Positions 27,766 to 38,656 of a DNA stretch of 64,000 bases are shown here, piece by piece. Origin of the DNA: a virus; the IMG/VR virus record IMGVR_UViG_3300027365_000009, positions 32,001 through 96,000 of that record. One strand, 5' to 3'. Within the stretch, counting starts at the first letter, position 1, and each line of letters begins with the position of its first letter. Below the pieces are notes generated by a model. It was not told the origin of the DNA and made no database searches. It saw only the letters and a program-made list of their open reading frames with translations. The translations under genes and the position numbers were made by a program.

Positions 27766-28779
27766 TTAGGCGATCGGAGCAACGTACAGGTACTGAACCT
27801 GGACCGTGTTGCCATCCCACTGACCGGAGGTATCCAGGTCAATGGTGAACTCGTTGCTGTTGACGGTGGCCACCAGCGGGGCATCATACGCGGCACCAGT
27901 CGCGCCATCGATGTAGCGTACGGTGGCGAAGTTCAGGATGCCGTCGATGCCGCCCTTCGGTGCGTGAGTCAGCACGATGGTGTCAGTCGCGGTGGTGCTC
28001 TGGTTGACCACCACGGACTCCAACATGACCTCCGGACCGCCGGTACGGGCTTCCTCGTCAGCGTATGCCTTGACGGCTGCAGAGGAGGGTGCCTGATCGG
28101 CCGGAGCGGAGACTTCCAGGTCCTGAATCAGCTCAGCCTTGAGGACGGCGTCATCTAGGTTGATAGCAGCGGTAACCGCCAGAAAGTCCACCTTGGCCTT
28201 GGCGGCGTCGGTGTAGGCGTTGGTATCCGGGTTGGACTCGTAGGTGGTCTTGATGCTGGCCGCGTTGATGGAGTTTTCCAGCGCGTCCTGATCAGAGAGC
28301 TTGATCCACGAGGTGGCCACGCCGTTGACATCGACAGCGCCCGGCTTGTACATGGCCCACTTGGTGTCGCCGTCATCGACGACGAACACGCGGTCAGCGG
28401 TGTCCAGGTTGGTGAGCGCATCACGCTCGGCGATAGTGGCGACGTTGTAGTTGGTGCCCAGCGACAGCTCGGCGGCGGTGATCGCGTCGTCCACTTCAGT
28501 GGTGGAGTACACGTTCAGGTTCGTACGGGCGGTCGGAACGTCCGCGACGTCGCTCAGGTTGTTGGCAATCTTGAGGGATTCACTGCTACCGGTAGAGGCG
28601 GCAGTGTTCACTTCGTTGATTGCCTGAACCAGGGAGGTCTTGTTGGTGGTGTTGAGCAGGCTCAGGTCACCGTCGGCGGTCTGACGGGCGGTGGTCTCAT
28701 CGGTGATGGCCTGATTGATCTGGTTCAGGTCATCGGTAAGGCCGATGATAATACTCTTATGGCGCTTCAAAATTGCCAT
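27766..28779 (-). CDS. Virion fibre/decoration protein, paralog A
   Basis: LNTTNKTSLVQAINE, NNLSDVADVPTARTNL and VATIAERDAL fibre motifs. Confidence 0.7.
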   Translation of the reverse strand: MAILKRHKSIIIGLTDDLNQINQAITDETTARQTADGDLSLLNTTNKTSLVQAINEVNTAASTGSSESLKIANNLSDVADVPTARTNLNVYSTTEVDDAITAAELSLGTNYNVATIAERDALTNLDTADRVFVVDDGDTKWAMYKPGAVDVNGVATSWIKLSDQDALENSINAASIKTTYESNPDTNAYTDAAKAKVDFLAVTAAINLDDAVLKAELIQDLEVSAPADQAPSSAAVKAYADEEARTGGPEVMLESVVVNQSTTATDTIVLTHAPKGGIDGILNFATVRYIDGATGAAYDAPLVATVNSNEFTIDLDTSGQWDGNTVQVQYLYVAPIA

Positions 28780-28832
28780 GGGACTTTCCTCTTTTAGCGT
28801 GTGATAAAACGACTTGACTTAAGATTTAACCG

Positions 28833-29882
28833 TTAGTCAAGGGTGCCTTGATCGGCGTAGCCTTGTTCATCGACGACCGGACCGGACGGTGGGACATGAG
28901 CGTACTGAATGGTAACATCGAAACCATCCCACTCACCGGAGGTCTCCAGCACGAGGGTGAAAACGTTCGGGGTCGCTGTGGACTGCAGCGGAGCGTCATA
29001 TGACACGCCATTGATATCGGTATAACGTACCGTACCGAAGTTCATGATACCTGCCACACCGCCCTTGGGGGCGTAGGTGAGGGTGATGGTATCACTGACG
29101 GTAACAGTCAGGGTTTCTTTGAGGGTAGTGGTTCCCCCAAGACGCACCGACTCACGAATGTACGGCGTCACCGCATCAGCAGACGGTACCTGGGTGGCGT
29201 CTGCTCCGATGGACAGGAGGTCCTGGCCAAGTTCAGCTTTCAGTGCCACATCATCCAGGTCAATCGCCTGGGTCACGCTGAGCAGGTCCACCTTCGCTTT
29301 GGCGGCGTCGGTGTAAGCGTTGGTGTCGGCGTTGGACTCATACTCGGTCTTGAGGGCGGACGCACTGATGGTCGCCTCCAGACTATACTGAGTCATTAAC
29401 GGCGCCCAACCGGTAACCGCGCCAGTGCCTGCATCAAACGTGGTCGGCTTGTAGGTGGCCCAGGTGCCGTCACCGCTGTCTGCCACGAACACCCGATCAT
29501 TGGTGTTCAGGTCCATCAGCGCATCACGCTCAGCAATAGTGGCCACGACGACATTGGTGCCGAGATCCAGTTTTGCTGCCTCAATCGCATTGTTGATTTC
29601 ATCGATTGAGTAGATGGACAGGTTGGTACGGGCGGTAGCGACATCCTGAAGATCGGCCAGGTTCTGGTCAATTTTCAAAGACGCGTCACTACCACTTTCC
29701 GCGCCAGCCAGCAGTGAGTTAATGGCTGATACCAGGTCGGTGGTATTGGTGGTTTCCAGAAGCTGAAGGTCGCCATCGGCAGCCGCACGATCCAGGGCTG
29801 CTTGGTTGATGGCATCGATCAGTGTCTGGAGGTCATCTGACAAGCCGTAAATAATACTCTTGTCTCTCTTCAAGATCCCCAT
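28833..29882 (-). CDS. Virion fibre/decoration protein, paralog B
   Basis: Colinear with 27766-28779. Confidence 0.7.
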   Translation of the reverse strand: MGILKRDKSIIYGLSDDLQTLIDAINQAALDRAAADGDLQLLETTNTTDLVSAINSLLAGAESGSDASLKIDQNLADLQDVATARTNLSIYSIDEINNAIEAAKLDLGTNVVVATIAERDALMDLNTNDRVFVADSGDGTWATYKPTTFDAGTGAVTGWAPLMTQYSLEATISASALKTEYESNADTNAYTDAAKAKVDLLSVTQAIDLDDVALKAELGQDLLSIGADATQVPSADAVTPYIRESVRLGGTTTLKETLTVTVSDTITLTYAPKGGVAGIMNFGTVRYTDINGVSYDAPLQSTATPNVFTLVLETSGEWDGFDVTIQYAHVPPSGPVVDEQGYADQGTLD

Positions 29883-29972
29883 AGGGAAGCCTCCTAAGTG
29901 AATGAAACTGGAATTCTCCCCCGTTCCATAGAAAAGAATTCCATAACATAAGGGAGTGATTACGTGCGGGTT

Positions 29973-30683
29973 TTAAATATTCAAATAGCCGAGAAAGGAC
30001 ACGGTGATACTGACGATTGGACTATGAAGCCACGCTACGTCATCTGGGTCTAGAATCAGCTGTGCTGACCCAGACGAGTTGTAGCCCCAATCCACCCCTA
30101 CCATCTCTGCAACACTCCCATCGGCGAGGTTGGCAATCGCCATTTTCCACACCAGATCCCCAAGAGGTATCTGCGGGAGAACGTAATATCCATCGCCATC
30201 GGGTAAGATATTCTCTGCGGTGACAATACCCACAGAGGTCTTCTTGAGTTCTTGATCGGTGACCCAGCTGTTGTAGTTCTGTAAATAGAACCCAAACCGA
30301 TCAGAGACCTTTTGTGTTTCTGCAGAAGATAGAGGTAAAAGTCCAACACTTGGAAACGGTCGGGTGATAATCCCCGGATAACCGATGACATACCCCAGAT
30401 TGGGGTTAGGGTACTGGTTATCGTTGTCGTCATCGTACTCTGCAATGACTTCGACATTACCGTCCCAAGTGGTGTTCACTACGTGGGTGATGGTGTAGCG
30501 CGTTAAGGTTCCTGTCTCGACGGCCCCGGTATCCAGGACTAAAACGTCTGTCTCCGTCACATCCCGCGCGCGGAACTTCCCTTCATTGTCGACTAACTTG
30601 AAGGTCAATTTCCACGACTGGGATTCTGTGCCTGGTTCGGCAGACGATAGGTCAATCCTGGACTGAAAATGTAGCCGTGACAT
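29973..30683 (-). CDS. Hypothetical virion-associated protein
   Basis: 236 aa, AAGGA RBS, within the fibre cluster. Confidence 0.6.
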   Translation of the reverse strand: MSRLHFQSRIDLSSAEPGTESQSWKLTFKLVDNEGKFRARDVTETDVLVLDTGAVETGTLTRYTITHVVNTTWDGNVEVIAEYDDDNDNQYPNPNLGYVIGYPGIITRPFPSVGLLPLSSAETQKVSDRFGFYLQNYNSWVTDQELKKTSVGIVTAENILPDGDGYYVLPQIPLGDLVWKMAIANLADGSVAEMVGVDWGYNSSGSAQLILDPDDVAWLHSPIVSITVSFLGYLNI

Positions 30684-30768
30684 GGTGTCGTCCTTAAACG
30701 ATGAAAAGACTCATGATGAGAACTTAAAAAGGGATCTACACCATGAGTCTAAACAGTGAAGTTAAGTG

Positions 30769-32928
30769 TTACACGACCACCACACGAAAGCGGGTGCCTT
30801 CCCCATCAATCAAACCAACCTTTTCAATCCGCACACGCCCATCTGGTTCCAATGTGTAGTTCTGAAGCGTAGTGGGCTGCTGTACAGACGGTACCGCATG
30901 GTTGTATTCCACAAAGAAAGGAATATTCATGGTCAGTACGTTCGTATTTCCAAACGGTTCCTTATAGAAAATGTTGAAATACGATGTGGTGTTAAAGCCA
31001 TCATGGTAGATCACCGAGATGTTCTTCAACATGCAGGTGGACGGGACATTGTCAATCTCTAACGTATTCCCGCCACTTTGGGTAATGGTGATCTGGGACG
31101 AGTCAGTTTCTGACCCAAAGATCACCAGGTTAACAAAACATTCAACGCCGTTATGGGTGAATGTGTACTCACGGGCATGAGGAACCCCACTGCCGGCAGT
31201 GCCGCCTGAAGTACCCCCTCCAGGAATATCGACAGTTACCTCACCTGCGCTTTGAGTGGTGGTGACACCCGCTCCGGTGAAATTAAGGTGTGTAGCCGCG
31301 GCGGTGAGCTCAGTTCCTTCATCACTAACCGCAACGGATTGACCAGGTTCGCCTTGCGGGCCCATGGGGCCTTCGGGACCCTGAGGGCCTTCGGGGCCGA
31401 TGGGACCAACCTCCCCCTGAGGACCTTGGGGACCCACAAGTGAAGTCAACCACTCCGTCTCCGTCCCCACGAAGCCGTTTGTTACCGCCACATCATAAGC
31501 ACTGTCGCCCTCTAATGAGACGAGCCATTCGCTTTCGGTACCCACATACCCGTTATTGACGGCGATTTCATAGGCAGATTCAGCACTGGTGACGCCTGCA
31601 TCCAACCAATTCATTCCATCGAAATAGTAGAGCTCGTCGGTACCTACCAGATAGACGGTTCCCTGTGTTGCGTCGGTTGGGAGCTCTCCGAACGTTGCTA
31701 CTTGACCGTCAATCTGTAACCCGTGGCCAGCGGGACCTTGTGGGCCCTCGGGACCCTGAGGGCCTTCAGGACCGGTAGGGCCTTGCGGGCCCATAGGACC
31801 TTCGTCCCCAGCAGGTCCGACAGGACCCTGTTCACCCTGGATGCCCTGCGGACCTACCAATGAGGATAACCATTCGGTTTGGGTGCCCATGAACCCATCA
31901 TTTAAGGCAACCTGATAGGCACTGTCGCCTTTCTCCCCCTTCAGGGTATCGAGCCACTCGGCTTCTGTCCCAGTAAAGCCCTGGGCAACCGCACTGTCGT
32001 AGGCAGAGTCTCCTTGAAGGGTATCCAAGAACTCTTGTTCCGTACCTGTGAATCCCTGCGCTACGGCTAATTCATAAATGCCCTGACCATCTTGTCCATG
32101 GAGGCTGTTCAGCCAGTCATTTAATGTGCCGGTATACCCCTGCTCTACCGCATGGTCATACGCACTGGGTCCGGGTTCACCTTTCAGTGACTCCAGATAT
32201 TCCTGCTCAGTCCCGGTAAAGCCCTGCTCTTGAGCAAGCGCATATGCCGATTTACCCTCCAGTGATGCCAGGTAGGTGGCGAGATCGCCCGTGAAGCCCT
32301 CCTGAACGGCGAGATCGTAGGAAGAGGGGCCAGGGTCCCCCTGAGGGCCCGGCTGGCCCTCAGGGCCTTGTATGCCCTGTATACCGGCATCGCCTTGGGG
32401 ACCCTCTGGCCCAATGGGACCCTCCGGGCCTTGAGGACCCTGGAGACCCATTTCGCCTTGAGGACCTTGGGGGCCCTCCGGGCCTGTGGGTCCCTGGGGT
32501 CCGGGAGGACCCTGAATACCGCCTGCGTTTAACCAGCTCTCTCCTATCCAGACATGGAGTTCACCGTCGATCAAATACGCATCGCTTTGTGTTGCATCGG
32601 TGGGCAACTCCGCGGTTGAAAGTAACTCCCCTTTCAGCACCACCACTGCTGCCGGATCGCCTTCGGGTCCTTGCGGTCCTACGGGCCCTGCAGGGCCTTC
32701 TGGCCCCACCAGACTACTAAGCCATTCCGCTTCTGTTCCGGTAAAACCCTGTTCAATTGCCAGGTCATAGGCAGACTTACCGTCGGTACCCACCATGTCT
32801 TTCAAGCGGTAACGGCGGTTTTGCCAGGGTTCGAAGGTGTCACTACGTTCAATGACCTCAATAAAGACATCGCGTCCTTGGATGTCGACTAACTCACTTA
32901 GCTGGGAAATCTTTCTCGGTCCCGCCAT
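30769..32928 (-). CDS. Collagen-like repeat fibre protein
   Basis: GXY runs and 9 G.SAY..A...GF.GT..EWL repeats. Confidence 0.8.
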   Translation of the reverse strand: MAGPRKISQLSELVDIQGRDVFIEVIERSDTFEPWQNRRYRLKDMVGTDGKSAYDLAIEQGFTGTEAEWLSSLVGPEGPAGPVGPQGPEGDPAAVVVLKGELLSTAELPTDATQSDAYLIDGELHVWIGESWLNAGGIQGPPGPQGPTGPEGPQGPQGEMGLQGPQGPEGPIGPEGPQGDAGIQGIQGPEGQPGPQGDPGPSSYDLAVQEGFTGDLATYLASLEGKSAYALAQEQGFTGTEQEYLESLKGEPGPSAYDHAVEQGYTGTLNDWLNSLHGQDGQGIYELAVAQGFTGTEQEFLDTLQGDSAYDSAVAQGFTGTEAEWLDTLKGEKGDSAYQVALNDGFMGTQTEWLSSLVGPQGIQGEQGPVGPAGDEGPMGPQGPTGPEGPQGPEGPQGPAGHGLQIDGQVATFGELPTDATQGTVYLVGTDELYYFDGMNWLDAGVTSAESAYEIAVNNGYVGTESEWLVSLEGDSAYDVAVTNGFVGTETEWLTSLVGPQGPQGEVGPIGPEGPQGPEGPMGPQGEPGQSVAVSDEGTELTAAATHLNFTGAGVTTTQSAGEVTVDIPGGGTSGGTAGSGVPHAREYTFTHNGVECFVNLVIFGSETDSSQITITQSGGNTLEIDNVPSTCMLKNISVIYHDGFNTTSYFNIFYKEPFGNTNVLTMNIPFFVEYNHAVPSVQQPTTLQNYTLEPDGRVRIEKVGLIDGEGTRFRVVVV

Positions 32929-32961
32929 GGGATTCTCCTTTTACAAACTGGATACATCACA

Positions 32962-32999
32962 ACATAACAGGGCGGGCGACATGGCCCGCCCTGTTATGT
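32962..32999 (-). terminator. 16-bp perfect hairpin
   Basis: ACATAACAGGGCGGGC/GCCCGCCCTGTTATGT. Confidence 0.7.
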
Positions 33000-33009
33000 G
33001 TTAGTGGGT

Positions 33010-36000
33010 TTAGACTGCTGGTGCAATGGTACCTTCGTCGTTGACCCAATCCCCTGCGGCTTCGTCGTAGTAGACGCCGAGTTGATCGAGCAGGAAGGTT
33101 TCCAGGGCTACTGGGGTGACCGCTTTATCGACCACAGTGGTATTGGGTTGCATGTCAGCTGTCGCATCAGCAAAGCCCAGCGGTACCCAAGTCCCATCAC
33201 CTTTCCGCACATACGTCAGAGTCGGGTCGGTATCGGGCACCTCCTCCACTTCGGCAGTCAGGATTGCCCAGGCACCGTCAATACGAACGTATTGCTGTCC
33301 ATCGACAGGGGCTTCTTCCACCTCAGCGGTTTGGACTTCCCAGAGACCATTCTTACGCACGTAAGCCTGATTGTCCTCTGGAGCCTCTTCCACTTCAGCG
33401 GTCAGCACTGCCCATTCGGCATTCAGACGCACATACTGTTGGCCGTCTTGAGGGGCCTCGTAGACGGTACCGCCACCCAGGTAACCCATCGCGGACCAAG
33501 TGGTATCAGAGACCTTCTGGAACCACTGGTTAGTGACTGAGTTGATGGCGAAGTCGCCGATGTCCCCAGTCACGGCGTCGGGGTCGTAATCCCGGGCGAT
33601 CCAGCGGTTACCGTTGAGGCTATCCAGCCAGTCGATCTCAGTACCCACATAGTCAGGGTACTGTTCGAGATAGACTTCATATGCTGACGGACCCCGAATA
33701 TCGCCCATGTCGAGCCAGCTGCCCGCACTGGCTACCCACAGGAAGATGTGATCACCCACCTGGTAGGCTTCACCCTGGAAACTCCCCGCCGTAGGCAGGT
33801 CGGCTTGAGATGCCAATTCGCCTTCGATGATGATACCCAAGGCATCGGCGCCCTGTGGACCTTGGAGGCTATCTAACCACTCCTGCTCGGTCCCAGTGAA
33901 GCCCGCATCGACAGCCACTTGGTAAGCGGACTTACCCTGGAAACCGATCAGGCTATCCAACCACTCCTGACGAGTCCCGACGAAGCCTTCATTAACCGCC
34001 ACTTCATACGCGGAGTAACCGCGCGGACCGACGAGCGTGTCGAGCCATTCTGCCTTGGTTCCGGAGAACCCTTCGGCTACAGCAATGGCGTAGGCACTAT
34101 CGCCTTGGGCACCCTTGATCGACTCGAGCCACTCGGCTTCAGTGCCCACGAACCCACCAGCAACCGCGATGTCGTAGTTGCTGTCACCCTTGTCACCTTT
34201 GAGGGAATCCAGGAACTCCTGTTCGGTGCCCACAAAACCATTATCGAGGGCCACGGCGTAGGCATCACCCCCCTTCAGGGAGTCCAACCATTCGGTTTCA
34301 GTACCTGAGAAGCCCTGCTCAACAGCCACCTCATACGCGGAGGGACCTTCCAGCGACTCAAGCCATTCGGCTTCGGTACCTGTGAAGCCACCAGATACCG
34401 CAGCATCATAGGCTGACGGACCCGTATCGCCTTGGATACCCTGATCGCCCTGCGGGCCTTTCACAGTGCCCAGGTTCTTCCACTGGTCGTTGACCCAAGC
34501 GTACAGGTCCTCACCCACTAGATAACCTTCACCAACGGTACCGGAGGTGGGAAGCTCACCAGTGGTTGCGACACTGTCCACGATATTCAGGCTCGGACCG
34601 GGGTCGCCCATGTCACCCTGCGGACCTTGAGGGCCTTGGGGACCGACCAGCGACTCCAACCACTCACCGGCCGTACCAGTGAAGCCGTTGGCTACAGCCA
34701 CCTGGTAAGCATCATCACCTACCAGTGATGCCAACCATTCACTGCGGGTTCCGGTGAAGCCATCAGCCACTGCGACGTCGAAGGCATCCCCACCCTTGAG
34801 GGATTCGAGCCACTGACCCACACTGCCCGAGAAGCCGTTTTCCACCGCCTGCTCGTAGGCAGACGCGCCGACCAGGCTATCCAGCCACTCTTGTTGAGTA
34901 CCCACGAAGCCTTGATCCAGTGCTACCTGGAAGGCGCTATCCCCGGCCAGCGGACCAGCATTGACCCACTCACCTGCCAGACGCAGATACAGGTCAGACC
35001 CTGCCACGTAGGCTTCGCCGTCTGCACTGTCAGTCGGGAGGTCAGCTTCCGTCGCCACCACACCGGTGATGTTCAGGCCAGTGCCCATCGGACCCGCCGG
35101 ACCTTGCGGGCCGACCAGGGTATCGAGCCACTCTTGCTCGGTACCACTGAACCCCGTGGAGAGAGCCACTTCATAGGCGGACTTGCCAACCAGGGTCTGG
35201 AGCCACTGAGTCTCAGTACCATTGAATCCCTGGTCTTGAGCGTGTTCAAAGGCCGACTTACCGGTAGCGCCTTGGAGGCTGTCCAGGAACTCTTGCTCCG
35301 TTCCCACGAAACCGTTCTGCACCGCTACGGAATAGACGGAGTCGCCCTCGAGGGTACTCAGCCAGTCGCTTTCCGTGCCCTGGAAGCCATTGTTAACGGC
35401 AACGTGATAGGCGCTGTCACCATCATCACCCTTGGGACCCTGAACCCCCTGGATGCCTTGCTCGCCCTGAGGACCGACAACAGGACCCACGTCCAGCCAC
35501 TGGGAGTCGTCCCAGACGTAAAGGTTCTCACCAATGAAGTAGGCATCGCCCGGGGCGTTACCTGATGCCGGAAGGTCGCCCACAGCGGCGACTTTGCCCA
35601 GGACCTTGATGGCCGCAGACGGTTCACCCTTGGGACCTTGAACCCCTTGGATACCCTGATCCCCCTGAGGACCAACGAGGCTATCGAGCCATTCGGCGCG
35701 GGTGCCGGTATAGCCATCAGCCACGGCCACTTCGTAGGCATCGCCCCCTTTCAGGGAGTTAATAAAATCCTGTTCGGTACCCACGAATCCGGTGGAGAGG
35801 GCGACCTGATAGGCGCTATCACCAATCAGGCTGTCGAGCCACTCACTCACGCTGCCAGCAAAGCCATTAGCCAGGGCCAGTTGGTAGGCGCTGTCACCTT
35901 CCAGGTCTGCCAGCCACTTCTGGACGGTGCCTTCATAGCCCTGCTCCACGGCCAGGACATAGGCCGACTTACCGTCCGGACCGGTCTGACCGACAGGCTC

Positions 36001-36903
36001 CCACTCAGTACCTTCCCATACGTACATCATGTAATCGATGATGTAAGCATCACCCGGGGCGTTGTTCTGCATCGGCAGGAATGCCGTGTCTTCAAAACTA
36101 CCCAGGATACGCAGGCCGTTACCGGTACGCCCTTGCAGGGAGGCGAGCCACTCTTCCTCGGTACCAATGAACCCATCAGCGACGGCGATTTCATACGCGG
36201 ACATCCCGCGCTCACCACCAAGGGTATCCAGCCACTCCTGACGGGTGCCGGTGAACCCTTCTTCCACGGCAATCTCGTAGGCGTTCTCGCCTTTGAGCGA
36301 TGCCAACCATTCTGTTTCGGTTCCGGTAAACCCGTCATCGACCGCCACCTCAAAGGCGCTCTTGCCGGTCTCTCCTACCAGGGAGTCCAGGAACTCCTGC
36401 TGGGTACCCACAAAACCTTCAGAGACCGCGAGGTCATACACGGACATCCCGGTCTCGCCCTGAGGACCAACCAGGGATGCCAGGAACTCAGCTTCAGTAC
36501 CCACAAAGCCGTTTTGTTGGGCGAGCTCATAGGCGGAATAACCACGGGGACCTTGGTCACCGGTATCACCTTTCACGCCCTGGATACCTTGGTCGCCTTG
36601 CGGTCCAATCAGGTGGTCAAGCCATTCCTGTTCGGTACCGGTGAATCCGTTTTCCACGGCCACGTTGTAGGCAGACCAGCCACGGGGGCCTTCAGGACCC
36701 ACAAGGGTGTCCAGCCACTCTTGGCGTGTGCCTTCAAAACCTTGATCGACAGCCACCTCATAGGCATCTTTACCGATCAGCTCGCGCACATAAGCGCTGA
36801 GGTTCTCAAATCCGCCACCAAACGAAGGACGGATAACTTCCAACATCTCAGTGCCGGATAAACCACCCGCCGCTTCTAATTGAGAAATCTTCCTGTTGGC
36901 CAC
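33010..36903 (-). CDS. Long repeat fibre protein with collagen segments and foldon-like repeats
   Basis: About 27 SAY repeats, 5 globular inserts, 4 EAP.DG..YVR..G.W repeats. Confidence 0.8.
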   Translation of the reverse strand: MANRKISQLEAAGGLSGTEMLEVIRPSFGGGFENLSAYVRELIGKDAYEVAVDQGFEGTRQEWLDTLVGPEGPRGWSAYNVAVENGFTGTEQEWLDHLIGPQGDQGIQGVKGDTGDQGPRGYSAYELAQQNGFVGTEAEFLASLVGPQGETGMSVYDLAVSEGFVGTQQEFLDSLVGETGKSAFEVAVDDGFTGTETEWLASLKGENAYEIAVEEGFTGTRQEWLDTLGGERGMSAYEIAVADGFIGTEEEWLASLQGRTGNGLRILGSFEDTAFLPMQNNAPGDAYIIDYMMYVWEGTEWEPVGQTGPDGKSAYVLAVEQGYEGTVQKWLADLEGDSAYQLALANGFAGSVSEWLDSLIGDSAYQVALSTGFVGTEQDFINSLKGGDAYEVAVADGYTGTRAEWLDSLVGPQGDQGIQGVQGPKGEPSAAIKVLGKVAAVGDLPASGNAPGDAYFIGENLYVWDDSQWLDVGPVVGPQGEQGIQGVQGPKGDDGDSAYHVAVNNGFQGTESDWLSTLEGDSVYSVAVQNGFVGTEQEFLDSLQGATGKSAFEHAQDQGFNGTETQWLQTLVGKSAYEVALSTGFSGTEQEWLDTLVGPQGPAGPMGTGLNITGVVATEADLPTDSADGEAYVAGSDLYLRLAGEWVNAGPLAGDSAFQVALDQGFVGTQQEWLDSLVGASAYEQAVENGFSGSVGQWLESLKGGDAFDVAVADGFTGTRSEWLASLVGDDAYQVAVANGFTGTAGEWLESLVGPQGPQGPQGDMGDPGPSLNIVDSVATTGELPTSGTVGEGYLVGEDLYAWVNDQWKNLGTVKGPQGDQGIQGDTGPSAYDAAVSGGFTGTEAEWLESLEGPSAYEVAVEQGFSGTETEWLDSLKGGDAYAVALDNGFVGTEQEFLDSLKGDKGDSNYDIAVAGGFVGTEAEWLESIKGAQGDSAYAIAVAEGFSGTKAEWLDTLVGPRGYSAYEVAVNEGFVGTRQEWLDSLIGFQGKSAYQVAVDAGFTGTEQEWLDSLQGPQGADALGIIIEGELASQADLPTAGSFQGEAYQVGDHIFLWVASAGSWLDMGDIRGPSAYEVYLEQYPDYVGTEIDWLDSLNGNRWIARDYDPDAVTGDIGDFAINSVTNQWFQKVSDTTWSAMGYLGGGTVYEAPQDGQQYVRLNAEWAVLTAEVEEAPEDNQAYVRKNGLWEVQTAEVEEAPVDGQQYVRIDGAWAILTAEVEEVPDTDPTLTYVRKGDGTWVPLGFADATADMQPNTTVVDKAVTPVALETFLLDQLGVYYDEAAGDWVNDEGTIAPAV

Positions 36904-36971
36904 AATAGCCTCCTCATTAACATTGACCCAACGTGAAGCTATGCCTCACCACGTCATATAATAGTTAATCT

Positions 36972-37826
36972 TTACGCAACCGACTGACTATATTTATCAA
37001 ACGCTCTGGCCAACCGGGTGTCATAGGGGGGATTATGCTTCGCGTAAGCGGGTCCATTGTAGATTCGTGCAAAACGGGCCCAGTTGCGTTCTTTCAGCGC
37101 TTCGTGTAATCGCTGGTCGGCCCGAATGAATTTCACAAAGGCCATCAAATGGTGGCGTTCGCTTTCTTTCATTAAGCCGACGAACTGATTAACACTTTGG
37201 TAACCTAATTGTTCCCAGTGAAAGCCCATGATTTGGAACAGTCCCCACGAGGCCGACTCGAGGCCACTTTCCTCATGGAGTTGGCATGCAGCGTTTAGCC
37301 GTTGGTGTTCCGCCACGCCCCCGCGATACCCACCGGTTTTGGTGTTGACGATGTTCGGGTATTGATCGACATATGGGCGGGGGTCAATTCCATGGTGCTT
37401 CATGCGCCGAAACATGATGTGTCGTTCATAGAGGATCGTCGGTTTGTCCTCAGTGAAAAACCCACTCCCCCGAGACTCGACGGCGTTGACAGCCATCACG
37501 GAAGCCACCGGGACATCCAACATGACCGCGGCATCTTGGATATCGTCTTGAGATAGGACTTTCGGATCTTTCGGATGGTTATCCAATCGCCATTGGGTTT
37601 TCGGGCCCACCCGACCATCCTGGACCAACCCAACGTCTTTTTGGAACTGACGGATAACCCGTTCGGTACCGGGACCAAACGCGCCGTCGATGGTGATGTC
37701 ATATCCCGCTTCTTTCAGCTGTCGTTGGATGGATTCAACCTGGTGGCCCGAATCTCCCCGCTCCAGCATGATGTCTTGTTCTGGGATAAAATCCACGTCA
37801 TCAAACCAGTGTTGTGTTTCGCTCAT
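36972..37826 (-). CDS. Modular endolysin (PG-binding domain plus DUF3380-type muramidase)
   Basis: DGAFGPGTE..IRQFQ..GLVQDGRVGP; AVESRGSGF, ILYERH, SWGLFQIMGFHW, YNGPAY. Confidence 0.92.
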   Translation of the reverse strand: MSETQHWFDDVDFIPEQDIMLERGDSGHQVESIQRQLKEAGYDITIDGAFGPGTERVIRQFQKDVGLVQDGRVGPKTQWRLDNHPKDPKVLSQDDIQDAAVMLDVPVASVMAVNAVESRGSGFFTEDKPTILYERHIMFRRMKHHGIDPRPYVDQYPNIVNTKTGGYRGGVAEHQRLNAACQLHEESGLESASWGLFQIMGFHWEQLGYQSVNQFVGLMKESERHHLMAFVKFIRADQRLHEALKERNWARFARIYNGPAYAKHNPPYDTRLARAFDKYSQSVA

Positions 37827-37829
37827 CTA

Positions 37830-38045
37830 TTACCTCCGGCTGTCAAAACAGTGTTGTAACTTGGTTAAGGTCAGGGCATCGACTCGACCATGGTAAGGCA
37901 GGCGCAGATCGCGCTGGAAGGCCCTCACACCGCGAATCGTACGTTCATCAGGGGTACAGGCCATGGTGCCTTGAAAATAGCCCAGGCGACGTAACATGAA
38001 CTGGATATCGTAACACCGGGAGTGTAAGTAGTCAGTCGTCGCCAT
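37830..38045 (-). CDS. Stand-alone peptidoglycan-binding domain protein
   Basis: IQFMLRRLGY...VRAFQRDLRL..HGRVD..T. Confidence 0.7.
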   Translation of the reverse strand: MATTDYLHSRCYDIQFMLRRLGYFQGTMACTPDERTIRGVRAFQRDLRLPYHGRVDALTLTKLQHCFDSRR

Positions 38046-38400
38046 GGAATGCTCTCCGATAGGCCCCATACGCTTCGACGGCACCAACCATTAAGGCACG
38101 CCGCCACCAGGTGACCCGCTGGGCTTTTAATGTTTGTCGGAAACGTAGATTGGCGACGCGCCAGCCTACGCCTTGTTTGAGTAGATAGTCATGTAGAATT
38201 GCCGCCGGTAAATACCGACACACGGGAGGAAACACGATCCACATCCAGCGTGGTGTGGTTGCGGCATCGGTTTCAAATCCCAAGGGGACTTGCGTGCCGT
38301 TAATTGACAAGGTCTCTTTTAACCGGTAGATAACCGGGTTCCACCACTTTTCAGGGAGGATGATATCGACCGGATAGGTTTGGCGTAGGGTTAAATCCAT
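38032..38400 (-). CDS. DUF1353-like protein
   Basis: VPLGFETDAATTPR and AAILHDYL motifs. Confidence 0.8.
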   Translation of the reverse strand: MDLTLRQTYPVDIILPEKWWNPVIYRLKETLSINGTQVPLGFETDAATTPRWMWIVFPPVCRYLPAAILHDYLLKQGVGWRVANLRFRQTLKAQRVTWWRRALMVGAVEAYGAYRRAFHGDD

Positions 38401-38537
38401 TACCCCACCTCCATGCGATGAGGGCTCACGGCTTTTTGTTCGATAAAAAGCTCACGTGCTCCAGGTTAGTATGTTTGCGGATTACGTGCGTTCTGGATCA
38501 CAGGATTGGGTAACTTTACCCGGTAGACGACATAAAG

Positions 38538-38557
38538 GACCTCCCCATAGGGAGGTC
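38538..38557 (-). terminator. Hairpin terminator
   Basis: GACCTCCC/GGGAGGTC. Confidence 0.6.
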
Positions 38558-38656
38558 ACTGGTACTCATTTTTACTTGTATTGCTCTGATGTCGACGAGC
38601 GCTAGCAAAGAACCCTACCAAGTACCGACGATCGTCGACGTCCGCTCAGCGGTCTG

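Noticed and set aside
33116-36861. Long + strand ORFs opposite the fibre gene (for example 35638-36861 and 34891-35565)
   Set aside because: Antisense shadows of a repetitive coding sequence
30769-36903. Periodic DNA repeats resembling a CRISPR array
   Set aside because: Repeats are degenerate at third codon positions and in frame, so they are protein repeats
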